From: Malacoraja senta
Lineage: Eukaryota
Reading direction: 5' to 3'
DNA length: 64,000 nucleotides
Assembly: GCA_038087875.1 (NCBI GenBank)
Contig: CM075994.1
Coordinates: 10,976,001 to 11,040,000, forward strand
Part shown: one piece after another, positions 37,611 to 50,535 of the stretch
How the letters are laid out: every line of letters starts with the position of its first letter
How positions within the stretch are numbered: position 1 is the stretch's first letter
Notes under the pieces: model-generated
The model's database searches: none
Told to the model about the DNA's origin: nothing
What the model saw: only the letters and a program-made list of their open reading frames with translations
Made by a program: the position numbers and the translations under genes

Positions 37611-38586
37611 AAAGAAAGTAAATTCATTGCACCAGTTGCCGGAACACCTTCAACAGCCGAGAATATGAATCTCTAATTAGTCATCATGAACGACACCGGA
37701 TTACAAGGAGACAGACAGAACTGCAGATACTGGAATCTTGAACAAAAAAAGTGCTGGAGGAAATCAGCGAGTCAGGCAGCATCTGCAGAGGAAGGACAGT
37801 ACTTTCGAATCAGAACCTTTCTTCAGACTGAAACATTGTGCCAGAGTGTTTTTATTGTCACATGTGCAAACGCACAGTAAAATTAGTTTCTTACGAACCG
37901 TCCAGTATTACCATACCTAAGCACATCCTGGATCAGGAGGTCTAAAGGAATTTTACACCAATCCCGCATGAAAGAAGTGCCATGTTATGGCGCCATTTTC
38001 AAAGTCCAGTCCGCTCTAGTTCTTATGAGCGGTGCCCGATGCAGGCGAGCCCCAGGCTGCTGCGAGCCTTCAGCCATCGGCATCCAGGATGTGATATCCC
38101 TCTCCCCGCCCGTCCACCTCCCTGCAGACAACGGTCCGCCGGATCTTACGACCGCTAACCGGCTCGGCCGCTTCCCGCCGTACGCCGCGGCGTGCTGGGA
38201 GTTTCTGCCGCGCTCCCAGAATGGATTGCATGGGATGTAAATCGAAAAGAGATGGGCTCGTTTTCAGATTCAGTGGGTTTAATTCCAACAGCATAGTTTC
38301 TACAACGGAGTAGACTTTATCTAAATATTACTCTATGCCAATATTTCTATTTCACTACAGTACACAATCCGTAAACATGGAATGGATGGGTTCCAGGTAA
38401 ACAAGATGTACGGGGTATTAATGTTCCCTTTTTATTAGATTATAAGAAAGAGGAGGTCGCACGGTTTTGAACGGGAGCGAGGCGCGCTGATAGTGAATAC
38501 GAAAGAACTAGTTTAGTTTACGATAGTCACGTGTACAGAGGTACCGTGAAACCCCTTTTTTTACTTGCTATCCAGTCAGTGAAAGG
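37611..38586 (+). repeat. ~970-bp direct repeat, right copy
   Basis: Aligns to 26920-27891; begins 10 nt after the Tx1 poly(A). Confidence 0.93.
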
Positions 38587-39578
38587 ACTATACATCGTTA
38601 CAACCAAGTCGTTACAAACGTGTACAGATACAGGATGAAGGGAATAACGTTTAGTGTAAGATAAAGTCCGGTAAAGTCCGATTAAAGATGGTCTGGGGGA
38701 CTTCAATGAGGTAGGTGGTGGGTCAGGATCGCTCTGCAGAAGGATGGTTCATTTACCTGGTAACAGGTGGAAAGAAACTGTCCCTGAGTCTGGAGGTGTG
38801 CGTTTTCACACTTCTGTACCTCTTGCGTGATGGGAGCGGGGAGAAGAGCGAGTGATCAGAGTGAGACACGTCCTTCATCATAATTGGTGTCCTTGCCGAG
38901 GCAGCGTGAAGCATAAATGGTGTCAATGGAAAGTAGGATGTTTTGCGTGATGGTCTGGGCAACGCCCACAGCTCTCTGCAATGTCGCTGTCAGAGATGGA
39001 GCTGGTCCATCAATGCTTTTGATGCTTCCTGTGAAAATGCTGTCTGAGCTGGCGATATTTACTCCTCAGGACTTGAAGCTTTCAACTGTCTCCACAACGA
39101 CGCCGTCAATGCATACTAGATGTGTGCCTGGTCTGTACACCGCCTCGCTATCTGGTCGATCACACGTTTTACTTCGGCACAGTGCTAAGGAATAAAAATG
39201 TCTTCAATGCAGGTATACTTTGAGGAGGGATGAGGGATATTCCAGATAGCATGGTACTCAGACACATCCGCTCCGCAGATGAACTGTTGCGGAATCGGTA
39301 GATTAGCGGGGGAAATGAAATACGGGGCATTTATCTACCGACTAATGTATGAAATATATTGTCTAATTGTCTAATATATGAAATATATTAGACAATTATA
39401 TGAACGGAACTGAGTTATCGGCGCAGGTTATAACAAGAGTCAGTAAAGGACAATCACGGTATAAAGGGCTCTGATTCTGTGATGACGTGTTCATTGAGTC
39501 ATTTTCTGTTGAAATGAGGAGCTGCGGTTGTGTGAAGGAATAGGGACAACGGTGGCCTTATAGTCGCCAGCTCTAGTG

Positions 39579-40480
39579 TTACATCCGCACCATTTTCAAG
39601 ACATGACTCAAAAACCGGGTTACATGGCTAATCGCGTTCTTCACCTCCTCTCCGAATTTATTCTGTGTCATTCCGCAGATACACGTGTTGGCACAGGAGT
39701 TGACATAGATAAGTAGGACACCCACCTCATTAGCGATATATGAGGGGCTCGTATGATTTCCATCGGCGGGACTGACAGTGACTCGAGTGCAGACGAAGGT
39801 CACAGTTTCTGTTGTCCACAGCAGTATATAGACGCCGGACACAGTGAAGAGTAAAACGTTAGATTTACGACGATTCTCCGCCTCAGTGTCATTGCCTTCC
39901 AGCCCTTTCAGCCGCCGGCGGACCCTGCTGGTCGCTACGATGTTCCTGACCGTCAGTCCGTTGAAGAATAGGATTAGAAGGAAAGGGAGGAATGAGAGAG
40001 AGATGCTACACATCCAGGAGAACATGATCCACCAGATGGAGGTCAGATAGGCGGCTTTGGGCCAGCATCCCCAGTTCACATTGTCCTTGGTGAAGCGTGG
40101 CTCGTACATGAACTGAAAGGGGATGTACTTTATGCAGCTCAGCGCACACATGGACACAATGACAGTGACGGCCGTCCTATCCGTGCAATATGTGAGTCTC
40201 AGCTTCGGGCAGCAGATGCTGACAAAACGGTCAAAGGTGAAGGACACGGTTAACCAGACGGACTAGTCCAGTGTGACTATCCGCAGGTAAACGTCGGAAG
40301 GACACACTGCGCTGAGGGAGAGGAAAGAGTTCGGGTTGTAGTAACCGTAGATTCCTTGCAGCAACACGTGAAAGATGATGACCAGTAGACCGGACATTGT
40401 CATCGCCACCATGTAACGGGTGATTCCTTTGGTGAGACCACACTTTCCCCGGTACAGGATCGCAGCCGTCAGTACGTTCG
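39579..40480 (-). pseudogene. Class A GPCR (GPR139/GPR142-like) exon 2 with one in-frame TAG in TM3
   Basis: Acceptor tttccttcag; NVLTAAILYRGKCGLTKGITRYMVAM...VTLD*SVWLTVSFTFDRFVSICCP...LPFLLILFFNGLTVR...NRRKS...NSCANTCI; TAG at 40263-40265; otherwise open to TAA. Confidence 0.88.
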
Positions 40481-40534
40481 CTGAAGGAAACGCAGAACAC
40501 TTCGATATAATTATTTAAACAGAGCAACCAATAC

Positions 40535-41172
40535 AATAGCAAAAGGATTTGAGTATAGGAGCAGGGAGGTTCTACTGCAGTTGTACAGGGTCTTGGTGAG
40601 ACCACACCTGGAGTATTGCGTACAGTTTTGGTCTCCAAATCTGAGGAAAGACATTCTTGCCATAGAGGGAGTACAGAGAAGGTTCACCAGACTGATTCCT
40701 GAGATGTCAGGACTTTCATATGAAGAAAGACTGGATAGACTCGGCTTGTACTCGCTAGAATTTAGAAGATTGAGGGGGGATCTTACAGAAACTTACAAAA
40801 TTCTTAAAGGGTTGGACAGGCTAGATGCAGGAAGATTGTTCCCGATGTTGGGGAAGTCCAGGACAAGGGGTCACAGTTTAAGGATTAAGGGGAAATCCTA
40901 TAGGACCGAGATGAGAAAAACATGTTTCACACAGAGTGGTGAATCTCTGGAACTCTCTGCCACAGAAGGTAGTTGAGGCCAGTTCATTGGCTATATTTAA
41001 GAGGGAGTTAGATGTGGCCCTTGTGGCTAAAGGGATCAGGGGTATGGAGAGAAGGCAGGTACAGGATACTGAGTTGGATGATCAGCCATGATCATATTGA
41101 ATGGCGGTGCAGGCTCGAAGGGCCGAATGGCCTACTCCTGCACCTATTTTCTATGTTTCTATGTTTCTATGT
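40535..41172 (+). mobile_element. Young 5'-truncated CR1 in the GPCR intron (antisense to the gene)
   Basis: Highly similar to 16510-17140; (TTTCTATG)n tail. Confidence 0.93.
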
Positions 41173-41335
41173 AATAGAACACAAAGTTTCTGCGTTCAGT
41201 ACGATGCCGTCAATTCAGATGAATCGCTGAGGCAACCAAAAGTAAAGACAATTCGTTCATTAGTGAAAGGATTGCAAAAACAGCACAACACGTTGCTCTA
41301 CCTATTGTACTTGCGTTTCGCTTGATTGCATTTGT

Positions 41336-41657
41336 TTAGTTTAGTTGAGACATACAGCGCGGAAACAGGCTCTTCGGCCCACCGGGCCCACGCCGACCAG
41401 CGATCCGCATGTTAACACTATCTAACACACACTAAGGACATTTTTTTGCATTTACCAAGCCAATTAACCTACATGCCTGTCCGTCTGTGGAGTGCGGGAG
41501 GAAACTAAAGATCTCGGAGAAAATCCACGCGGTCACGGGGAGAACGTACAAACTCCGTACAGACAGCAGCCGTAGTCGGAATCGAACCCGGACCTCCGGG
41601 GCATGAGGCAGCAACTCAGCAACTGTAAGGCAGCAACTCTACCGCTGCGCCCGCCCC
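41336..41657 (-). mobile_element. tRNA-derived SINE (HE1-like)
   Basis: Reverse complement has A and B boxes, core and CTAAA tail. Confidence 0.85.
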
Positions 41658-41936
41658 TTACTATTTGTGTATAGTATTATATGCTGTGATTGGATTTTCA
41701 ACGCTTTTCACTGTATTTTGGTACAGGTGACAATAATAAACCTTAGCCTAAACACTGACCTATTCCCCAAAATAACTGCAGAACAAGACGCTACGTTGGA
41801 CGCTCATCGCCAATATCAGCTGGCGCCATTCACAACATGTATGTGCTCCAAAATACCAATGGACTTCTCATTAAAGCACATCGAGCTGACACAATGAACG
41901 TGTTTCTTTGTCCACGGAAGGAGTTTGCCCCAGTAC

Positions 41937-42051
41937 CTGACCCAAACAGAATCAGTGTCAACAGTATTGTGCTTCTTGTTGTTAAAAGAGCGGGACACTG
42001 GCACAGCTTGTAGAGGTGTTGCCGCACAGCGTCAGAGACACGGGAGTACAT
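41937..42051 (-). pseudogene. Predicted coding exon 1 of the minus-strand GPCR (MYSRVSDAVRQHLYKLCQCPALLTTRSTILLTLILFGS)
   Basis: ATG at 42051; donor CAG|GTACTG; phase 1 joins exon 2 in frame, giving a TM1-like ILLTLILFGSANVLTAAIL. Confidence 0.65.
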
Positions 42052-42636
42052 GGGAAAGTGAGATGACGTCCAAATAGTGTGAATGGATGATTGATGATCA
42101 GTGTGGCCTCCGTGGGTCGATGCTGTATCTCGAATCTAAACTACAATCCTTATTATGCTTAGTTATTGGTTACGGATTACATGGCGACTCAAAATGAACA
42201 GTAAAATGGAGTGTGGGTGTTAGAAAACCGAAATTCTATACAATTATTGGTGACAATGTTTAGTTGGCTCGGCAGCATCTGTGGAGATAGAGAACATATT
42301 TATTCCGCGGACCTCGATCGTTGTTTAACTGTCAGAGAAGACGGAGTGTTGGTGGGAACACTGATGTGTGCATTGTGGCGAGGACTCCTTAGAATGGGAG
42401 AGAAAATGGGGAGGTGCCGAGTGAGAGAATAACTCGCTGAATGGGAACAAATGGCGAACCTTTGCACATAGGGCAAGGAAGATAGAAAAAGCGAGAAATG
42501 CAGACAGAAAGATAGGATTAGGCTGAGACAGCAGAAAGAGAGAAATAGAGATGGTGGGAAAAAGAGACGAGGGGTGGGGAAATATATATAGAGGGAGACT
42601 GGGAGAAGCTGGGATAGGAAAGAGGAAGGCAAAAAC

Positions 42637-43062
<426 letters not shown>

Positions 43063-43066
<4 letters not shown>

Positions 43067-46000
43067 GTTTTTTTCAGCTCTGAAGTTGAGAAGGATTCAA
43101 ACAGCTTTTCAAGGACGTTGTCGATGGGAAAGGAACAGAGGCAGAGGGGCTTCATAGTTTAACTTATTGTTGGACTGGTGAAACTTTTCTCTGCTATAGG
43201 AATCCTCCACAAGTGCGAAAATTCCGGAGATTTTTCTCCATTGTCGAGGGTGCGGTTGTCGTTGGCGGACTGCGAAGAGTGCCTGGAGATCGAGGGAATG
43301 ATGATTGCGGTGTTTTGTCGTTTTATTAGCACCGTTTCTCTGTCCTAAAGGCATTTTGCTCAGGCGGATGCCGGGATTAATGTGAAGATGGTACTTTTGA
43401 GTCCGGCAAGACTGGGATAGAGCTTCCCAAAAGCTGCTCTCGGCTGTGGACGTATTTGGGGATTTTCTTGCTTTAGCTGGAGGCTTCTGAGTTCTGCTAC
43501 TTGCTTGACTGTGACTGTTTGCGGGACTTAACGTGGAGCTGAGCTGCTGGGCCGACTGGAGCTGGTTGTGCCTCTGTCAGGATGGCGATGGCTGGGGCGC
43601 GGCGGAAAGACCGGAGCTACGCAGTGGTGGCATCAGAGGCGGATGCGAGGACATTGGAGTATGAGCCTTATGTGGACTTGGATTGGGGCAGGTTTGGTAT
43701 CTCGGTCCAAACTGGGCCCCAGATGTCAAGGGGAGTAATTACCAAGGCCGTGAATGACCTTATTGGGGGGCGGGCTGTTGTCTCTTCCGAGCTTGAAAGA
43801 GGAAAGGTGGAGATGATATTAAAGACCCGGGAGGGTGTGGAAATGGCGTTGGAGAGGGGGATCTCAGTGGGGGGGGTCCAATTACAGGTGGATCCGTGGT
43901 TATCTAGGGTGAGACCGGTTCTCCTGCGGAGTTGCCCCACATATATTCCGGATGTTGCACTTATTCCACACCTGTCTAAGGTTGGGGAGGTGAGGTCTAA
44001 GTGCTTTAGGCTCAGGCACCTCGGGGGGGGGACCCGGAGGAAAGAGGGATCTTTAGTTTTAAGAGGAGGGTGTTTATGAAGGTGGGTGAGCGCGAAGGCG
44101 CGGAGGGGAGCTTTGAGGTGGAGTGTAAGGGTCTCCGTAGAACCGTGTATTGGAGTTGGGGGAAGGCACGATGTTATACGTGTGGAGCATTTGGACATCT
44201 CCGTAAAGAGTGTCTTTCTCGCGGGGTCGATGCTAGATGTTCTAGCGTAGTGGGCCAGGATTGCACTGCTGGCCCATCCGGGGTGGCTCATCATGCCTCG
44301 GTGGCGCTGGGCGGCAATGCTGACCGGGCTGGGGTGGCTAGCTCTACCTCGGGGATCCGGGGCGGAGGTGATAGCCCATCTGGGTGTGCAAGTTCTGCCT
44401 TGGGGACCCGGGGCGGGGAAGGCCTCCGCATCCTGCGTCCTGAGACTGTGGAGGTGGTGGTGGCTAACGGTGAGGTGCAGGGCGAGGGTGAAGAGGGGGA
44501 GGAAGAAGACGGGGAGGGGAAGTGGGAGGTGCAGAAGACGAGGAGGGGGAGGAAGAGTAAGGTCCATCCAGAGAGTCTATCGAAATCTGAGACCACCCTA
44601 GGGGCACCTGTCAGCTCTAGTGAGGTCCAGAGTGTGCTTGCAGTGGCCCAGCAAGGAGATGAGGTCGCTCAGACGGGGGAAGGGATGGTAAAGTGTGGGG
44701 GTGGTGAAGTGGCTGGGGGTAGTGCGGAAGAGGAAGACACTTCCTGTATGGAGGTCACCGTACCGCCGCATGCTAGTGGGGTAAAAAGGAATAGGCCTGG
44801 CGAGGAAGAGGTAGGGCGTGAGGCGAAAGTTAGGGGGACGACTTTTTCTAGACCTTCCACCACTGATGGGGTTGGTGGTCAAGAACTGGTGTCTTCCGGG
44901 TTGGAGGGTGAGTATCCATTTCAGGGATCCTCCGAGGGGATTATAGGATCAGGTGATGGGGTTGATTTCTCTGGAGTTGTGTCCTCTGGGCGGGTGGATG
45001 TCCTTTCATTTCAGGGGCCCTCTGATGGAGTTATCTCATCGGGGGCAGAGGTTAGCTCCCCTGGGTGTGTGTCCTCTGGGTCGGAGGAGGTCCCCTCGTT
45101 TCAGAGGCCTCTTGAGGGTGATGGTACGCCAGAGGATGGGGTATGCGCACCTGGTAGTGGAGCCCCTGAGATGGGGGATGAGCAGAGTCAGGCCGAGGGG
45201 GGTGGTTCGGGGGCTGTGGTGTTCCAGTCTATGCTCCATATCAGAGCCAGTGGTGGTAATGGGGTGTGTGCTGCATCGCTGGTTGAGTTGGACGGGGAGA
45301 GGCTAAAATAAAGTGGAGAGCCTCTGGGTGGTGCCAGTGGAGGGGATGCTATAGGTGCTGTGGAGGTCGGGGATAGTTCGGGTGGTGATTTCCCTTTAGT
45401 TTCCGGGGGTGCCAGTGTATCCCAGGCCCTGGGGGTGCCTAGTGTTTTTGCTTCCCCAGTCCCAGGCGTGGAGGGTGATGGTAACGTGCAGGTGCCAAGC
45501 CAGTCAGGGGGCTGCCTGTCGCAGTTGGGGGTTTCGGGACCCTTACCCGGCATTGATCCTGGGGGTGGTGTCTTGCTGGAGGAGGGGGGAGTGCTCAGGA
45601 AAGTTTGTGTAGTGGGGGTGAAGAGCTGTCGGAGGGCTCTGGTCATTCAAATTTTGAAAGAAACCTTGAACGGTGTGGTGTGGAGCCTGTTGGTGCAGGT
45701 ACGAGTGCGTTGGCCGAGTGCCCAGGCTCCAAGGCCGAGTCTCTTGTATGTGATATGGAGGCGGTTCGAGAATTTCTCAAAAGAAACCGCTCCCTCAGAA
45801 CAAGAATGGAGGCTGCTAAAAGGCGGTGCGGTGATCTGCCAGGTTTGATTCAGACTCTCGAGGCTATTCTTGGCGACAGGGAGAGTGATCTTCCTGACTT
45901 CGAGGAGAGCCAGTTTGGGGACTTTTTGGTGTTCCTCAGACAGAAAGTTGTTGTGTCTACGGGGAGTGTGGGGGTTTAATATAGTGTGCCTTTACATTCA

Positions 46001-49000
46001 CCGTCGCAACATTAAACTTAAACGGGAGTAGAGCGAGTTTTCGTAGATTTCAGCTTTTATCAGTCCTTAAAGAGGGGAGATTGCAGTGTGTTTTTTGCAG
46101 GAGACGCACACAGTTGTTAGTGATGAACCTACCTGGGGACTGGAGTGGGAAGGTGGGGTTTATATGAGCCATCTCAGCTCGAATTCGAGTGGGGTGGCCT
46201 TTCTGTTGGCCCAGAATTTCCTGCCAACTATTTTAAAAGTGAACGAAGTTGTGCCAGGACGGTTGCTCCATCTGGCAGTGAGCATGGATGGCATGCCGTT
46301 GCATTTCATTAACGTGTATGCCCCTAGCTCCGGTACGATGCAGGCCGGCCTAATTCAGGAGGTGACTGCTCTGTTGCGCACTATTGATAGGGGAGAGTGT
46401 GTCTTCCTTGGTGGGGACTTTAATTGCACACTTGAGGCGCGAGATCGGTCTGGTATTCAGTGTGCCCCTGCTGTAGCGAAGAAGCTGAGAGGGATGATTG
46501 AATCCTTTGAGTTGGTTGATGCGTGGCGGAACCTCCACCCGGATTCTACTGCTTTTTCGCGGAGGTCGGAGGGTGGTGGTTCCCGTATTGACAGAATATA
46601 TATTTCCCGAGCGTTTGTTGCCCGTGTCTCAGCGGCCTCAATGCGGTTGGTGCCATGTTCGGATCACTGTCTGGTGCGTGTGGATTTCAATCCGGCGCGC
46701 ACTAGGGCTGGGTCCGCGTACTGGCACTTTAACAACCGGCTGCTGGAGGATCGGTGTTTTCGGGAGTCATTCAGTCGGTTTTGGGGGAAGTGGAGAGAGG
46801 GGCGGAGGTGCTTCTCTTCCCTTAGGCAGTGGTGGGATGTGGGGACGGCTCACATCCGTCTCTTTTGTAAGGAGTATACGTGGGGGTCGACCGGACAGAG
46901 GGACTCAGCGGTCGCGAGGCTTGAGAGGGAGCTATTGGGTGCAGAGGCTCGCCTGGGTCGGGATGGTGAGGACTCCTGTGAATGGGGAGAGTTTCAGGAG
47001 AAGAAGGAAGCCTTGAGGAATCTGCTGCTTGAGCGGTCCCGAGGCGCTTTCGTGAGGGCGCGGGTCCAGATGATGCAAGATCTGGACCGAGCTTCGCCTT
47101 TCTTTTTCTCTCTGGAGAAAGGGCGGGGAGCACGCAAACAGCTCGTAGAGCTGCTCGCAGATGATGGCTCCTCTGTCACTGATCAGGAGAGGATCAGTGA
47201 GGAGGTCAGGTCCTTTGTTGGGGCCCTGTTCACCGCAGGGGGATTTAACGAGGAGTCTCAGCAGGACTTGTGAGAGGGTCTACCGATTGTTGATAGGGAG
47301 GTGCCCGATCTTCTTGATGGCCCCTTATCTTTGGAGGAGTTGACTTGTGCATTGTTTCAGCTCAGGAAGGGTAAGTCACCCGGGCTGGATGGGTTGACGG
47401 TAGAGTTTGTCAGAGCTTTCTGGGATATCCTGGGGCGTGATTACATGTTGGTGCTGGGGGGGAGTCTGGCGGCCGGGGAGATGCCCCTCTCGTGGCGTAG
47501 GGCAGTTGTTGTCTTGCTGCCCAAGAAGGGCGAACTCCGCTTGTTGAAGAACTGGAGGCCGGTCTCTCTTCTATGTACAGAGTATAAATATTTGCACGGG
47601 CAATGGCAAATCGCCTGGGCCCTGTGCTGTCTCAAATGATTCATCTTGACCAGTCCTATACAATCCCTGGCAGGTCCATTCAGGATAACATCCACCTGGT
47701 AAGGGACCTGATTCATCTAATTCAGGGTACTGGTCAGTCAGCTGCTTTTCTGTCTCTTGATCAGGAGAAGGCTTTTGATAGGGTAGAGCATGATTACCTA
47801 TTCGGAACGTTGCAAGCGTTTGGATTTGGACCGCATTTTGTGGCCCGGGTCCGGCTTCTGTACGCTGCAGCGGAGTGCCTGGTGAAGGTTAATGGTGCGT
47901 TGTTGGCTCCCTTTCATTTTGGGAGGGGGGTCCGTCAGGGGTGCCCCATGTCGGGTCAGTTGTACTTGGTCTGTGTGGAGCCGTTCCTATGTCTTCTTCG
48001 GAGGCGGTTGACAGGCCTGGCCCTACCTGGCCCGGGGTTGGAGGTGGTTCTTTCAGCGTATGCAGATGATGTACTCCTTATGTTCACTGATCCTGGTGAC
48101 CTGCGAAGGATGCGTGACTGCCAGGAGATTTTCTCAGCTGCATCTTCTGCCAGGATTAACTGGAGTAAGTGTTCTGGTCTTTTAGTGGGTCAGTGGCAGG
48201 TGGATTCCCTGCCGGAGGAGATGGCAAGGTATGTGTGGAGCACCACACTTCTCCTCTATCTGGGGGTTTACCTGAGTCCCACTGAGGATGCTTGGCCGGC
48301 GAACTGGCAGGAGTTGGAGACGAAAGTGGTTGCCCGGCTGGGGCGCTGGTCGGGCTTGCTTGGAGTTCTTTCTTTTCGGGGGAGGGTGATGGTCATAAAT
48401 CAGCTGGTGGCCTCTATGTTATGGTACCGGCTGGCTACTCTTGTCCCACCTTCCATATTTGTAAATGCTCTTCAGAAGAAGCTGGTAGATTTCTTCTGGG
48501 GAAATAGGAAGCACTGGGTCTCTGCAGCGGTCCTGAGTCTCCCGTTAGAGGAGGGCGGTCAGTCATTGGTATGCGTGCGTACCCAGGTGGCGGCTCTCCG
48601 TCTCAGGACTCTGCGGAGGTATATGTATGTAGAGCACCCCCCCAGATGGCACGCTCTGGCCACGTATTTTTTTCGTCGTGGTCGTTGCCTAGGGGGGGGT
48701 CTCGCGGCTCCCGGTGGCGGGCATCAGTCGACCCGCCCTTAGCGGTTTGCCTGTTTTCTACCGGGATGTGCTCAGAGTGAAGAATTTGGTTGTTTTCAGC
48801 CAGCGTGTTGTTCTACGAGGGGAGGGGGATGGTGCGGCTGTGGGAGTGGCCGGTCCTCGCCCAGTCATGGCGGGTGTCGAGGAGAGGCGCGCGCCTAGAG
48901 TGGTTCTGGCTGAGCATTCAATTGCTCCGTCAGATCTGCGCATCGGGCCTAGGCTCCGGGATATTTCTCGGGTACCGGCACCACACAACCTGAGCCGCCT

Positions 49001-49587
49001 TTCTGAGATGATCAGCATACCGTTTCGTGATGCGAAGAGACGCACACTGTACCGAATGTTCCTGCACATTCTGCACCTCCTTGCCTTTGTTTCCCGTCCT
49101 GACACACCTTGGCGGACGGTGTTACCACCTGACGGCGGGGGAGGTCCCTGGTGGGGGTCCTTCTATACGGGAGTTGTCCCCCTTTACATTGGGGACCTGG
49201 GGTGGAGACTGTTGCACGGAGCGGTGGTTTGTAATAAACTTTTGAGTCGGTTCACGGGATCGTCCGCCGCGTGTATTTTCTGTGGCGAGGAAGAGACTGT
49301 GTTCCACGTGTATATGGAGTGTGAGAGGCTACTGCCCCTGTACCAATATCTGAAGGGGTTCTTCCTTAAGTTCTGGTTGCATTTTAGTCCCACGATTCTA
49401 GTGTGTGTGCATAAGGTAGGGTGTGGGGAGAGCCAAGTGGGGGGGTGGGACCTCCCTGTCGGTTTGCTCCTGGGCCTGGTTAAGATGGCCATTCGTGGGT
49501 CCAGGCAGCGGGCGGTCGATGGTGAGGCTAGAGTTGGCTGCCTGCCCCTCTTCCGGGCGTACGTCCGTGCACGGGTGTCCCTGGAGC
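43063..49587 (+). mobile_element. Tx1-clade non-LTR retrotransposon copy B, longer 5' end, 3'-truncated, disabled
   Basis: ORF1 from ATG 43582 with CYTCGAFGHLRKEC; ORF2 APE (46086..), RT (47603..) and CIFCGEEETVFHVYMEC; colinear with copy A; similarity stops abruptly at 49587. Confidence 0.95.
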
Positions 49588-49944
49588 CACTCCTTATTGG
49601 GCACCTTTTGTTCTCCTGGTCCCCATTTTGTCTCATTTTGAGCTCGTTTCTTCCACTACCTTTATCTCCTTTCAACCGTAGCCTTTGTGTACACATCTGA
49701 CACTCAAAGCCTCCCCTCACCTTTATCCACCTAACCCTTCTCAAGCGTTGTCCCTCTGCTTCCACCCCGGACCGCTGCTCCAGCATTCTGCCCTCCCCAT
49801 TCCATTATAATCCGAAGAAAGGTTCGACCTGAAACGGCTCATACCCGTTCCATCCACAGATGCTGCCCGAGACGTCCTCAGCACATTGTGGTCTATACAT
49901 GATGCTAAGGGCGTGAGACAGCTTAATTCGATGGTCCATTTCGA

Positions 49945-50124
49945 AACATAGAAACGTAGAAATATAGAATATAGGTGCAAAGTAGGCCATTCGGCCCTTG
50001 GAGCTAGCACCGCCATTCAATATGATCATGGCTGATCATCTAAAATCAGTATCCCGTTGATTCCCTAAGAGCTAAATCTAACTCTATCTTGAAAACATCA
50101 AATGAATTGGCCTCTACTGCCTTC
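49945..50124 (-). mobile_element. CR1 3' fragment cut by the Gypsy 5' LTR
   Basis: Reverse complement of CR1 3' UTR and tail; ends at ...actgccttc. Confidence 0.8.
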
Positions 50125-50535
50125 TGTCACAGTCTGCCCTCTCCTCATTCTCATCCACTTCACCTCCCAGTACTTTTCCACCGGTCCCTCCTTCTCTTCT
50201 CCTGCCTGCCTGCCACTCCCCTATCATCAGCCCAACTCTCTTCACCTGTTGAACGCAGTTGCCTCAGATCACCAATTAACCCGGTATATAGACTCTCCTC
50301 ACCGTTCACACAGGGCCAGATTGTTCTCAGCATTCATGCAAGATTCTCCAGCGATTTCCTGACTGCCTACACGGATTCGCACCTGCCTGCCCCTCTTCGG
50401 AACCCTCGCTCAATCCTGAGCCTCTGTGTGAGTACGGTGTACCCATTCCTGTGTTACAGTATCGTAATAAAGTTCATTACCAACTATACCTGCCCGATTC
50501 TGTGCTGCTATCGGGTCCAAGCTATACCCGTTACA
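50125..50535 (+). repeat. 5' LTR (411 bp)
   Basis: TGTCAC...GTTACA; TATATA at 50285; AATAAA at about 50466. Confidence 0.93.

Noticed and set aside
37611..38586. 3' transduction by Tx1 A
   Set aside because: No second poly(A) follows, and the sequence runs on seamlessly into the downstream flank.
43668..44567. Long antisense ORFs over Tx1 and Gypsy (also 33099-33707 and 54178-54987)
   Set aside because: Shadow ORFs of GC-rich coding sequence; not preserved between the two Tx1 copies and no recognisable domains.
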